Positions 9,762 to 17,980 of a DNA stretch of 64,000 bases are shown piece by piece. The stretch is from positions 32,001-96,000 of the forward strand of contig CAWAKC010000007.1 of NCBI GenBank assembly GCA_963782525.1, read 5' to 3'. Source of the DNA: Candidatus Bathyarchaeota archaeon (GTDB lineage Archaea > Thermoproteota > Bathyarchaeia > Bathyarchaeales > Bathycorpusculaceae). The translations under genes were made by a program, and so were the position numbers. Every line of letters begins with the position of its first letter. The stretch's first letter is position 1. The notes under the pieces were generated by a model. It made no database searches and had not been told where the DNA came from. It saw only the letters and a program-made list of their open reading frames with translations.

Positions 9762-10319
9762 TCACTTTACGGCCAACAGGGCGATTTGCTCGATTACTAA
9801 GTTAACTATTGCCTTCTTTGGGTTATCGTTTTTGAGGATGTTTAACTCTTCATTTTGGATGTTGAAGGCTTTTTTGATTTTTGTTTCCTTGGTTTTAGTC
9901 ATTGCAAGAACCGCCTCGTCTAGGTCAGTACCAACGCATTTGGTAAGCGCTTCAAGGATCTTTTGAATATGTGTTGGATCTTCGCCGATTATTGCTACTG
10001 CGAGGTTTTTAGTTTTGGGTTTGATTCCGGAGCGTTCGATGGCTTTTTGTATTTGTAGCTGTGCGGAAGCGTAGAGTATTGTTTCCATGGCGAGGCTTTT
10101 TGAATGGTTGGTTTTGTTTTGGAATGCCTGCAGGGCGTTTAGGATAGCAAAGTAGAGATGTTCCTGCGTGGCGATTAGTTCGGCGTCGAAGAATTGGATG
10201 TCGACGTTTTGGGTTTGTTTTCGGTTTGCTTTTAAGAATGCCTCCGCTTTATCGAACGCTATGCTTCGGTAACCTGTTATTTCCACGTATTTGTCGTGTT
10301 CTTTTATGTACTGCAACAT
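9762..10319 (-). CDS. cgi121: KEOPS complex subunit Cgi121
   Basis: IQFFDAELIATQEHL...A, SKSLAMETILYASAQLQIQKAIERSGI. Confidence 0.88.
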   Translation of the reverse strand: MLQYIKEHDKYVEITGYRSIAFDKAEAFLKANRKQTQNVDIQFFDAELIATQEHLYFAILNALQAFQNKTNHSKSLAMETILYASAQLQIQKAIERSGIKPKTKNLAVAIIGEDPTHIQKILEALTKCVGTDLDEAVLAMTKTKETKIKKAFNIQNEELNILKNDNPKKAIVNLVIEQIALLAVK

Positions 10320-10329
10320 CTAAGGTTCC

Positions 10330-10914
10330 TCAATGCATGTCTTTTAAGAGTTTTTCGGCTAGCTGTTTTGGCAAGCCAGCCTTCACGAGTTTTGTCACTT
10401 CCTGATTTAAGACGCGTTTGCCCTGAGGTTTGTGGATTATTTTTCGCAGAGTTTCTTTTGTGTCCCACGGGAAGACAACCCAGTTGGTTGTTTGTTTTTC
10501 GTAGAAGTCAGGGGTTGTGATGGATTGGGGTTTTTGATAGAGGGTAGCGGTTTTTACTTCATTGGCGCCTTGCTGTTGAAGGTGAGTTTTGGCTAGTTTT
10601 AGGCTTTGACCGCTGTCTGCGATGTCGTCAACCAACAGCACTTTTTTGTCCTCCACATTTGTCATAATGGGGTGTTTTAGGGTTGGCTTTGCCTTTGTCT
10701 GGTTTATGTCAACATAGAATTCTATCTGGATGGTTGCGAACTCTAAAGTTTCTAATAAATCAGCTAGAATACGGGCAGGTATTAAGCCTCCTCGGGTTAC
10801 CGCGACTACGATATCGTGTTGGTAGTTTTGGGATAGAATTTTTTGGGCTTGGCAGAAAAGCATCTCATATATTTGATTCCATGTTGGGACTTCGTATTCG
10901 ATGGTGCCAGCCAA
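10330..10914 (-). CDS. Type I phosphoribosyltransferase (purine PRT-like)
   Basis: VAVTRGGLIPA, VLLVDDIADSGQSL PRPP loop, WVVFPW; likely start TTG 10914 (GAGGT upstream) rather than 11022. Confidence 0.88.
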   Translation of the reverse strand: MAGTIEYEVPTWNQIYEMLFCQAQKILSQNYQHDIVVAVTRGGLIPARILADLLETLEFATIQIEFYVDINQTKAKPTLKHPIMTNVEDKKVLLVDDIADSGQSLKLAKTHLQQQGANEVKTATLYQKPQSITTPDFYEKQTTNWVVFPWDTKETLRKIIHKPQGKRVLNQEVTKLVKAGLPKQLAEKLLKDMH

Positions 10915-11242
10915 AAACTCAAACCTCGTATAGAGGATAAGTACATTTTTTGCTTCTGTTAAGCCTTTCGATGATACAAATGACCATGCAATTTCCTTAC
11001 TTCGTAAATTTTGGTATTTCACTAATTATTGATTTATTGTGAATGCTATTCTATTTTTGAATGGATTTTTGGTGAGACTGATTATTTTTTTGCTTGCTTG
11101 GTTGCAGATTTATAAGGGGGTTGTTGTTATATTTTTTATTCGGGAGATAGGCGTCAGGAGATATGTGTCGTCTTTCGTAATATAGTTTATATGCTTAGAC
11201 GTCTTTTCCAATAATAATCAACAATGAAAGGAGACTTGAAAA

Positions 11243-11584
11243 ATGGTGAAGAATGTGAATGAAGAAAAGATTAAGCGCGTGCTAACAGAGCCAAAGCTAG
11301 CTGCCATAAAATCGATGCTCGAGAAAGACCATGCAATAGACTGTTTATTGCTGCTCCACGTTGGCCGCGGCAAATGGAAGGATGCTAAAGACTTCATGAA
11401 GGACAATGGCTTGACACTCAGCGATGGCACTTTTAGGGCTAGAATGATCGAGATTGAATCCTTGGGTTTAGCTAAGAGTGAACGTATTGATCCACTCAAA
11501 AAGTATTATGTTAAGACTGAACTCGGGGAAAAAGTTGCGAAACTTCTTCTCGGTTTTTTTGACACGCTTGATTCTAAGAGTTAG
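11243..11584 (+). CDS. Putative winged-helix DNA-binding protein
   Basis: LSDGTFRARMIEIESLGLAK...YYVKTELGEKV, a wHTH-like pattern. Confidence 0.6.
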   Translation: MVKNVNEEKIKRVLTEPKLAAIKSMLEKDHAIDCLLLLHVGRGKWKDAKDFMKDNGLTLSDGTFRARMIEIESLGLAKSERIDPLKKYYVKTELGEKVAKLLLGFFDTLDSKS

Positions 11585-11744
11585 TCTTTTTTTGGCTTTT
11601 TAGCCGTTTTCTTCCTTTTGTTTATTTTTTTTGGGCTTCTGTGGTTGTGTCCTACATACCCATACTATTGTGTAGTAAGACGTAATATTTAAAAGATGCT
11701 TTTAGACAACTACCTATTACAAGCAAAAATAGGAAGATAGAAAA

Positions 11745-12206
11745 ATGAATACATACCTAAGAAAAATCAAGAAAAACTCAAAAGCCCTCAGCCCCGTCAT
11801 CGCATCAATCATCCTCATCGCCGTCACCGTCGCAGTCAGCGTCGTCGTCGCAGCATGGATGGGTGGAATGACCATCGGATTCATGGGCAACGCAGAACAA
11901 GTATCGATCACAAACATAGCATTCGTGCCAGGGGATGGTACTACTAAAGACCAATTAGAAATAATGGTAACGAACTCAGGCAGTACACCAGCAACTATTA
12001 GCAAAGCATTCATCAATGGAGCAGCAGTTGCGGACACAGATATGACCGTGATTCCATCCGGAGCAATCGCGAAAAGCTCATCTGCTACAATAACGTTGAA
12101 TTTAGATGCTGGCACTTTAGCAGACAACGCAGGAACTGCATACCAAGTTAAGCTCATCACTCAGAAGGGCACATCAGTCGTCAACACAGCAACATACAAC
12201 CCATAA
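11745..12206 (+). CDS. Archaeal type IV pilin / archaellin-like protein (class III signal peptide)
   Basis: Basic leader KIKKNSKA followed by LSPVIASIILIAVTVAVSVVVAAW; small beta-rich C-terminal domain. Confidence 0.9.
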   Translation: MNTYLRKIKKNSKALSPVIASIILIAVTVAVSVVVAAWMGGMTIGFMGNAEQVSITNIAFVPGDGTTKDQLEIMVTNSGSTPATISKAFINGAAVADTDMTVIPSGAIAKSSSATITLNLDAGTLADNAGTAYQVKLITQKGTSVVNTATYNP

Positions 12207-12302
12207 ACACCCAACATTTAAAAATCTAAACAAGGGGCAAGGTGAAGCAAACATTCACCCAACTCTCCTCTTTCTCTTCAAAAAAATCAGGAGTAATAAA
12301 TC

Positions 12303-12728
12303 ATGGTAACACAAATCAAAGAATATACATCTGCACAGGCAATCGCCGATGCAATGGACAAGCAATTGTCCGAGACCAAAAGCGTTCTGGGCGAGTACCT
12401 GCGTAAGTTAGACGAAATCCGCACGTTAGCGGAAAAATCAAAGAAAGTCCGTGAAGTCGTTCTCAAACTCGCAGGCAAAAAAGCCCCAACCGAGAACACC
12501 AGCGAAATCACGGTCGGCACATTAAACATCGTTTTAGACGCTAACCCAACCCACGAGTTAAGTGCCATAGAATCCGTGGTCCGAAGCCACCAGGAACGTC
12601 TGCTGGTTTTGCAGAAGGTTCGGGAAGCCCTCAAATGGCTCGACCAACTTGGCGACACAGAAGGCCTCAGGTATCTAGTAGTAGAAGACGAAGGCATCCC
12701 AGAACGGATCCTATTCAAATTATCCTAA
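12303..12728 (+). CDS. Hypothetical protein with two long predicted coiled-coil helices
   Basis: Helix / beta-hairpin / helix / beta-hairpin pattern; SD AGGAG upstream. Confidence 0.7.
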   Translation: MVTQIKEYTSAQAIADAMDKQLSETKSVLGEYLRKLDEIRTLAEKSKKVREVVLKLAGKKAPTENTSEITVGTLNIVLDANPTHELSAIESVVRSHQERLLVLQKVREALKWLDQLGDTEGLRYLVVEDEGIPERILFKLS

Positions 12729-12744
12729 CCTGGGAGATTAAACG

Positions 12745-13524
12745 GTGACTGAGGCTTACAGCAACCCAATCCAAACAATCATAGATGAAATCAGAACTCT
12801 AAGCCCAGAAACCACCAATGCATTATTTTTTAGGAACACCGGACAAACAATCGCAAACACCCAAACCGGAACCGAAAAACAAATCAAAAAATTCGTCGCC
12901 AACTTCGCCAACATCTCAGTGCAGGCCCAAGCAATCGGCGGCATAGAAAGCTTTACAATCCAAACTCCGGAAAGTCAACTTAACATCGTTGCAGTGGAAG
13001 ATTACTTTTTGGCAACACTATCTTCACAGACGGCAAACCAGGAAATTCTCAAGTCGATAACTAAAGTTGTGGTCCCAACAGTAGTGAGACTTGTTAACCA
13101 GATTGACATAAAAGATAAAGAACTTGAAGAAAAACCCTACGAAGAACTAGCTGTGTCAGCATCACAAGAAGCCAAACCAACCGTTGAACCCACCCTTGAA
13201 ATACAACCGCCCTTTGAACCGTTCCTGCCCAAGACACCCACCAACCAGTTTATGGTAGAGAAAATCAGCGGGTTTATGGTTGCAGCTGACACTGTGCGAA
13301 TCGACGGCGAAATCGTGGAGCAATGGAGTAACCTCTATGAGGGCAAACAATTTAGCACAGTAATCATCGAAGCGTTAGACGGAAAGAAAACGACTTGCAA
13401 GTTTAAAGCGATTAAAGACGCAAAAAACAGTGCTAAAGGCATAATCCAGATTCCAGAAAAAATCCTGCAAACCCTGCAAACCGAAAAAGGTAAACTGGTG
13501 ATAGTTAAGCCAGTATTCGAGTAA
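12745..13524 (+). CDS. Roadblock/LC7-like N-domain fused to a CDC48-N-like double-psi beta-barrel
   Basis: N-terminal roadblock-type alpha/beta pattern; Pro/Glu-rich linker; C-terminal DTVRIDGEIVEQW...KGIIQIPEKILQTLQTEKGKLVIVKP. Confidence 0.6.
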   Translation: MTEAYSNPIQTIIDEIRTLSPETTNALFFRNTGQTIANTQTGTEKQIKKFVANFANISVQAQAIGGIESFTIQTPESQLNIVAVEDYFLATLSSQTANQEILKSITKVVVPTVVRLVNQIDIKDKELEEKPYEELAVSASQEAKPTVEPTLEIQPPFEPFLPKTPTNQFMVEKISGFMVAADTVRIDGEIVEQWSNLYEGKQFSTVIIEALDGKKTTCKFKAIKDAKNSAKGIIQIPEKILQTLQTEKGKLVIVKPVFE

Positions 13525-13530
13525 TGAGGA

Positions 13531-13935
13531 ATGATGTTGAAGCAGAAAAATAGCCAAGTCGAAACCGAATTTCCCGATGGAGCAGCAGTTATTACTGTTG
13601 GGACCGAAGATTCTGTGTTTACGGATTTGGCTGCGAGTTTGGCGGAGATACGTAAACTCGATGGTGTTAGGGGCTATATTCTTCGAAGTGATACTTCTGC
13701 GATAATAGATTTGACTGAACAAGAAAAAATAATCGAGTACGCCATCCTATCCTCGCAAATCTCTGAGTCCAGTGCTGAAATAGCCAAACAATTCAACCTA
13801 ACAGATGTAGAGAGCGTGCTGGTGGAAGGAAAAACCGTTAAAATGCTCTGCATGAACAAGTCACAAAATCGCGTAAGCGTGTTCATAGATAAGACAGCGA
13901 CTCATGATTCAATAATAAAACGAATCTTGCAATAG
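13531..13935 (+). CDS. Roadblock/LC7 (MglB/LAMTOR-like) domain protein
   Basis: LAEIRKLDGVRGYILRS...SAEIAKQFNLTDVESVLVEG...VSVFIDK. Confidence 0.75.
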   Translation: MMLKQKNSQVETEFPDGAAVITVGTEDSVFTDLAASLAEIRKLDGVRGYILRSDTSAIIDLTEQEKIIEYAILSSQISESSAEIAKQFNLTDVESVLVEGKTVKMLCMNKSQNRVSVFIDKTATHDSIIKRILQ

Positions 13936-14052
13936 CGCGGCTTTGATTATTTCTACAGTTTTCAACATGGTAACTCGAAAAAAACCCAGTACGACCTATC
14001 CTCTCTTAGGGCTATTTTTCTTAGAGAAAAGAATTGACGATGAAATAAAAAA

Positions 14053-14283
14053 TTAGTAGAAGTTGCGGGCTTCTTTGCGTTTTTCTGCTTCTTCGTAGAA
14101 CCGCAGAACTTCGTCGATGATTTCTACATTAGAGAGCAACATGCGTCTACAACAGTATCGTTTCAAGCCTAAACTGTCAAGGACGTCACTGGCGTTTTCG
14201 CCTGTTTTGATGCGTCTTGTGAATTCATCCCATCGGTCTCCAACGAGTTTGCCGCAAGTGAAGCATCTTACGGGAATAATCAT
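14053..14283 (-). CDS. rpoN: RNA polymerase subunit N (Rpo10)
   Basis: [12 protein letters not shown]...RYCCRRMLL. Confidence 0.97.
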   Translation of the reverse strand: MIIPVRCFTCGKLVGDRWDEFTRRIKTGENASDVLDSLGLKRYCCRRMLLSNVEIIDEVLRFYEEAEKRKEARNFY

Positions 14284-14297
14284 TTTGTCTTATTCTC

Positions 14298-14708
14298 CTA
14301 CCTGTAGCTCTTCTGTTCTTTAGACCGTGCGCCTGCTCCGCCGACTTTCTTTGTCTCTTTGGTTCTGCTGTCTCCAGCAATCATGGTTCGGTCGTATTCG
14401 TTGAAGACGGTGCGTAGGTGTGTGCTCTTGGTCCATTTTAAAAGAGCATTTGAGATTGCCATGCGTGCTGCTTCAGCTTGTCCCATGTAGCCGCCACCGC
14501 TGGTTTTAACGTCCATGTCTAATTGTTGCCAGACATCGGCGCCTGCTTGCAAGAGGGGTTCCATGATTTTGGCTTTAGCTATGTCGGGTTCGTAAATTTC
14601 AACTGGAGTTAGGTTTATTCGTACTCTACCAACGCCCTGTTTCACTATGGCGCGGGCAACTGCTGTTTTTCGCTTTCCACTAACAACTAAGACTTTTTTT
14701 GCGGGCAT
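14298..14708 (-). CDS. rps9: 30S ribosomal protein S9 (uS9)
   Basis: SGKRKTAVARA, GGGYMGQAEAAR, QKSYR; start set at ATG 14708. Confidence 0.96.
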   Translation of the reverse strand: MPAKKVLVVSGKRKTAVARAIVKQGVGRVRINLTPVEIYEPDIAKAKIMEPLLQAGADVWQQLDMDVKTSGGGYMGQAEAARMAISNALLKWTKSTHLRTVFNEYDRTMIAGDSRTKETKKVGGAGARSKEQKSYR

Positions 14709-14710
14709 AA

Positions 14711-15160
14711 TTATTCCATCCTGTTGAACCATCCGATTTCAGTTGCCAATTCACCAAGGGTAAAGTGTGGCCCTTTGAGGTTTGCGGAATTGGCTTCTTC
14801 GAAGGTTATCATTTTTTGATCTTTGAACTCAAGTGGGACGCCCATGAAAACTTTCAGTCGTTTGAAGGCGTTTTTACCTTTAGGCAACTTGAAGGGAACC
14901 ATGCCACGAACGGTTTTTCGTAGAAACCGGTCGGGTCTACGGTAATGGAATGGTCCTCGCATTGGAGCGCCTACTTCGAGGAATTTGTGTGCTTCTAACA
15001 CTTTGCTTTTCTTTTTACCAGAGAACACTGCTTTCTCCGCGTTAAGAATGATTACTTCTTCTCCGTTTAACAATCGTTTAGCAACTTTGCTGCACATTCT
15101 GCCAACGATTAAGCCTTCAGCGTTCACGAAAGTTATTGGGGATTGTATTGTGGTTGCCAT
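14711..15160 (-). CDS. rpl13: 50S ribosomal protein L13 (uL13)
   Basis: IVGRMCSKVAKRLLNGE, GPFHYRRPD, VRGMVP. Confidence 0.96.
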   Translation of the reverse strand: MATTIQSPITFVNAEGLIVGRMCSKVAKRLLNGEEVIILNAEKAVFSGKKKSKVLEAHKFLEVGAPMRGPFHYRRPDRFLRKTVRGMVPFKLPKGKNAFKRLKVFMGVPLEFKDQKMITFEEANSANLKGPHFTLGELATEIGWFNRME

Positions 15161-15167
15161 TTCTTAT

Positions 15168-15530
15168 TCACCGGATGATTTTTACGTTTGAACCTTTGGG
15201 GTTTTTCTCCATCAAGTCTTGGATTGTGATGTATTTTGCTTTGACAGCTTCAAGCTTTGCTTTAGCTTTATCGGAGATATCAAAGGATGCGACGGTCACG
15301 GAGTGTTCGATGCTGCCTGAAGCTAAGAGCTTGCCGGGAACAATCACTACGTCAGCTTTTTTGGTGTGCCTGTTTAGTTTGCTCAGGTTTACAGCGACAC
15401 GTTGGCTACGTGATTTGGCTAAGTGATCTGCGACGTCTAGCCAGATGGGGGCTTGTTTTTCTCTGCTTTCTTTCTTTAAAAGACCAATAAGATCGATTAA
15501 TTGGGGGTTTGTAGTTTTTGTTTCTCTCAT
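15168..15530 (-). CDS. rpl18e: 50S ribosomal protein L18e
   Basis: TNPQL, VNLSKLNR, VIVPGKLLASG, NPKGSNVKII. Confidence 0.96.
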   Translation of the reverse strand: MRETKTTNPQLIDLIGLLKKESREKQAPIWLDVADHLAKSRSQRVAVNLSKLNRHTKKADVVIVPGKLLASGSIEHSVTVASFDISDKAKAKLEAVKAKYITIQDLMEKNPKGSNVKIIR

Positions 15531-16342
15531 TGTGGTCCAGCCTTTATTTGTTCTTCAAACTCGTTTAGTTGTTTGCCTAACAGTTTAGTTGCTTCTTTTA
15601 AGACTCGTTCTGGAGGAAGCGCACCTGTAGACTCTATGTTCATTACGAAAGTATCCTTTTCCCATTCAACCTTCAACGGTGAAGGTTTTTGTGGGCAAGC
15701 ATCAACGCAGTCCATGCAGAGGTTACATGCCAATAGGTCGCGGACATCGATTTTTTCATCCTTGACAACGTAAACTCTTTTGGGGCATATGTCAGCGCAT
15801 TTTTGGCACCCTTCACATTTCCCGGTTGGAGTGGTGATTTTTGGGTAGTACTTATATGCACACATTGATACGGGCTGCCATTTGGCATGGACTTTGCCTT
15901 TTCCAAGCTTTGCGTAAGCTTCAAGTTTTAGTTTCTGATTTTTCGCCAACTTAACTATCGGGATTCTGTCTGAGACAGGGACGATTTCAGGGTTTTCCGA
16001 AACGATTTCTCCCGAATAAACGGTTCTTGTCCCGTCTCTGGCTTCTGCGTCAAGTGTTAGGGTTACTCGGCATAGTTGGCAGCCGAATTCGCTTTTACAT
16101 TCGCATTCTTCAGGCAGATTGTATGCATCTAAATCAGTCTTCAGCGGAGTAAGACCGAGCCTGTGAGAGATTATTTCGTCTTGGAGAATTGAAGAGTTTT
16201 CTATCATGACAACTTCTTCAATTGCCATGCAGGGGACCTCAGCAAGTGCTAGACGTCGTAGAGCATTCATTAAAGGCACGTCCGCATCTTTGACAACTAT
16301 GCGGAGGTTAGTATCGTTTTTTTCAAGGACTTCTATTTTCAC
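15527..16342 (-). CDS. rpoD: RNA polymerase subunit D (Rpo3) with ferredoxin-like Fe-S domain
   Basis: NALRRLALAEVP, HRLGLTPL, HAKWQP, CEGCQKCADICP, CNLCMDCVDACP. Confidence 0.96.
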   Translation of the reverse strand: MKIEVLEKNDTNLRIVVKDADVPLMNALRRLALAEVPCMAIEEVVMIENSSILQDEIISHRLGLTPLKTDLDAYNLPEECECKSEFGCQLCRVTLTLDAEARDGTRTVYSGEIVSENPEIVPVSDRIPIVKLAKNQKLKLEAYAKLGKGKVHAKWQPVSMCAYKYYPKITTPTGKCEGCQKCADICPKRVYVVKDEKIDVRDLLACNLCMDCVDACPQKPSPLKVEWEKDTFVMNIESTGALPPERVLKEATKLLGKQLNEFEEQIKAGPQ

Positions 16343-16389
16343 TTGCTAGACACTCCATAAATTACTTCAATAAAGAGGGATATTGCAGA

Positions 16390-16797
16390 TTAAACTCTTC
16401 TGCCTCTTCTGCCACCGGGCCTTCTGGTTCCGTCGTGGGGGATTGGTGTAACTTCTTCGATGCGTTCAATGCGGAAACCGAATCGGGCTAATGCTCTAAT
16501 GGCTGCTTGTGCGCCTGGTCCAGGTGTTCTTGGTCCTGCGCCGCCTGGAGCTCGGACTTTGATATGAATGGCTGTTATTCCTTTGTCGCGTGCGATTTCA
16601 GCTGCTCCTGTGGATGCGCGCATGGCTGCATAAGGGGATGATTCCATTCGGTCTGCTTTAACGAACATACCGCCGGTGGTACGAGCGATGGTTTCTGCAC
16701 CTGAAATATCAGTGATGTGAATTAAGGTGTTGTTGTAACTGCTGAAGATGTGAACGATTGCCCACTTCTCGTTACGTTTGTTGTTGGGAGCGCTCAG
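16390..16797 (-). CDS. rps11: 30S ribosomal protein S11 (uS11), apparent CTG start
   Basis: Frame extends upstream of ORF-track Met 16668 as (CTG)[36 protein letters not shown]...; C-terminus [16 protein letters not shown]. Confidence 0.92.
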   Translation of the reverse strand: MSAPNNKRNEKWAIVHIFSSYNNTLIHITDISGAETIARTTGGMFVKADRMESSPYAAMRASTGAAEIARDKGITAIHIKVRAPGGAGPRTPGPGAQAAIRALARFGFRIERIEEVTPIPHDGTRRPGGRRGRRV

Positions 16798-17384
16798 AAT
16801 CTACCGCCTCCGCGTCCGCCTCTGCGGCCTCTGCTTGGTGGCCGAGCTTCTACTTGTTTAGCTACGACTGTCAAGCCGACTCGTAGTGCGTGTTCTTGGC
16901 TTGCTAATGCGCTTTCTGGTGAGTACACCATTTTTGTTTCATCTTCTTTTAGTACTATATAACCGGGGATTGTTACTCTGCGTCCATCGATTGTTATGTG
17001 TCCATGTGTGATAAGTTGGCGTGATTGATAGACAGTTCTTGCTAAACCTTTGCGGAACACAATGGTTTGTAATCGGCGTTCCAAGATGTCTTCTATGGTT
17101 AAGTCTAACACGTTATCGAGGACTGCGGTTTCTTGCAAGATTCCTTTCTTTTTGAGTTGGGCGAGTAATTCGTTTTCCATCTTTGCGCGTTCTTCAGTGG
17201 TTTTGCTGATGAGTGAACGGGCGATGCTTCTGGTCTTAGATAGGGTGGTTTTGTGGCGCCAGAGTTCATGTTTGTTTCTTAAACCAAATTGCCCCAGAAG
17301 TTTAAGTTCTTCTTGGAGGACATCTTTTCGCCAACGAAAACGTGGCGTATCAAATTTCTTACGCTGCTTCTTTGGATCTCCCAT
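16794..17384 (-). CDS. rps4: 30S ribosomal protein S4 (uS4)
   Basis: [34 protein letters not shown]. Confidence 0.97.
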   Translation of the reverse strand: MGDPKKQRKKFDTPRFRWRKDVLQEELKLLGQFGLRNKHELWRHKTTLSKTRSIARSLISKTTEERAKMENELLAQLKKKGILQETAVLDNVLDLTIEDILERRLQTIVFRKGLARTVYQSRQLITHGHITIDGRRVTIPGYIVLKEDETKMVYSPESALASQEHALRVGLTVVAKQVEARPPSRGRRGGRGGGRF

Positions 17385-17386
17385 GC

Positions 17387-17875
17387 TTATTTGCCTCCTT
17401 CTGGTGCTCCACCGGGCTTTTGCATCAGAGTCTTCTTCTTAACTCCTAGTGCGTTGCCTGCTCTTCCAGTGGTTTTTGTTCTTTGGCCACGTACTTTCAG
17501 GCTGTAAGCATGGCGGTATCCACGCCAAGACCTGATTTCTTTAGCTTGATCAATGTCAGTTTTAATTTTAAAGGCTAGTTCAGCGCTTAAAATGTGTGCG
17601 TCTTTGCCAACTTCTACATCTTTTCGGCGGTTAAACATCCAGCTTGGGATGCTGTATTTTGCCGGGTCTTTAATGACATCTTCTATTTTTGCGATGTCAG
17701 ATTCTGTTATATAGCCAACACGCAGGTCTGGATTTACGCCTGCTTTTTTGAGGACTGCATTTGCGAGCGCGGAGCTTACTCCTTTAACTTGCGCTACGGC
17801 GTATGAAGTCTTTAAGGTACCTTGAACGTCTGTACCCATGATACGAAGTATATAGCGATATTCCTGCTGTGACAT
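17387..17875 (-). CDS. rps13: 30S ribosomal protein S13 (uS13)
   Basis: [30 protein letters not shown]. Confidence 0.97.
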   Translation of the reverse strand: MSQQEYRYILRIMGTDVQGTLKTSYAVAQVKGVSSALANAVLKKAGVNPDLRVGYITESDIAKIEDVIKDPAKYSIPSWMFNRRKDVEVGKDAHILSAELAFKIKTDIDQAKEIRSWRGYRHAYSLKVRGQRTKTTGRAGNALGVKKKTLMQKPGGAPEGGK

Positions 17876-17980
17876 GCTAAATTTTCATCCGTTTTTTTAA
17901 CTTAAAGCATATACGAAATATGACGGTATTTATTTAAACCTTCTCTTCCAAAAACTACCATCAACGTTAACTGAAAAATG

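Noticed and set aside
10915-11022. N-terminal extension of the PRT ORF
   Set aside because: Recognisable PRT sequence begins near TTG 10914, which has an SD-like motif; the extension looks like promoter DNA.
12303-13935. Assignment as arcadin/crenactin or Cdv/ESCRT genes
   Set aside because: No actin, Snf7 or Vps4 motifs, and no resemblance to the arcadin-1 or CdvA sequences as I recall them.
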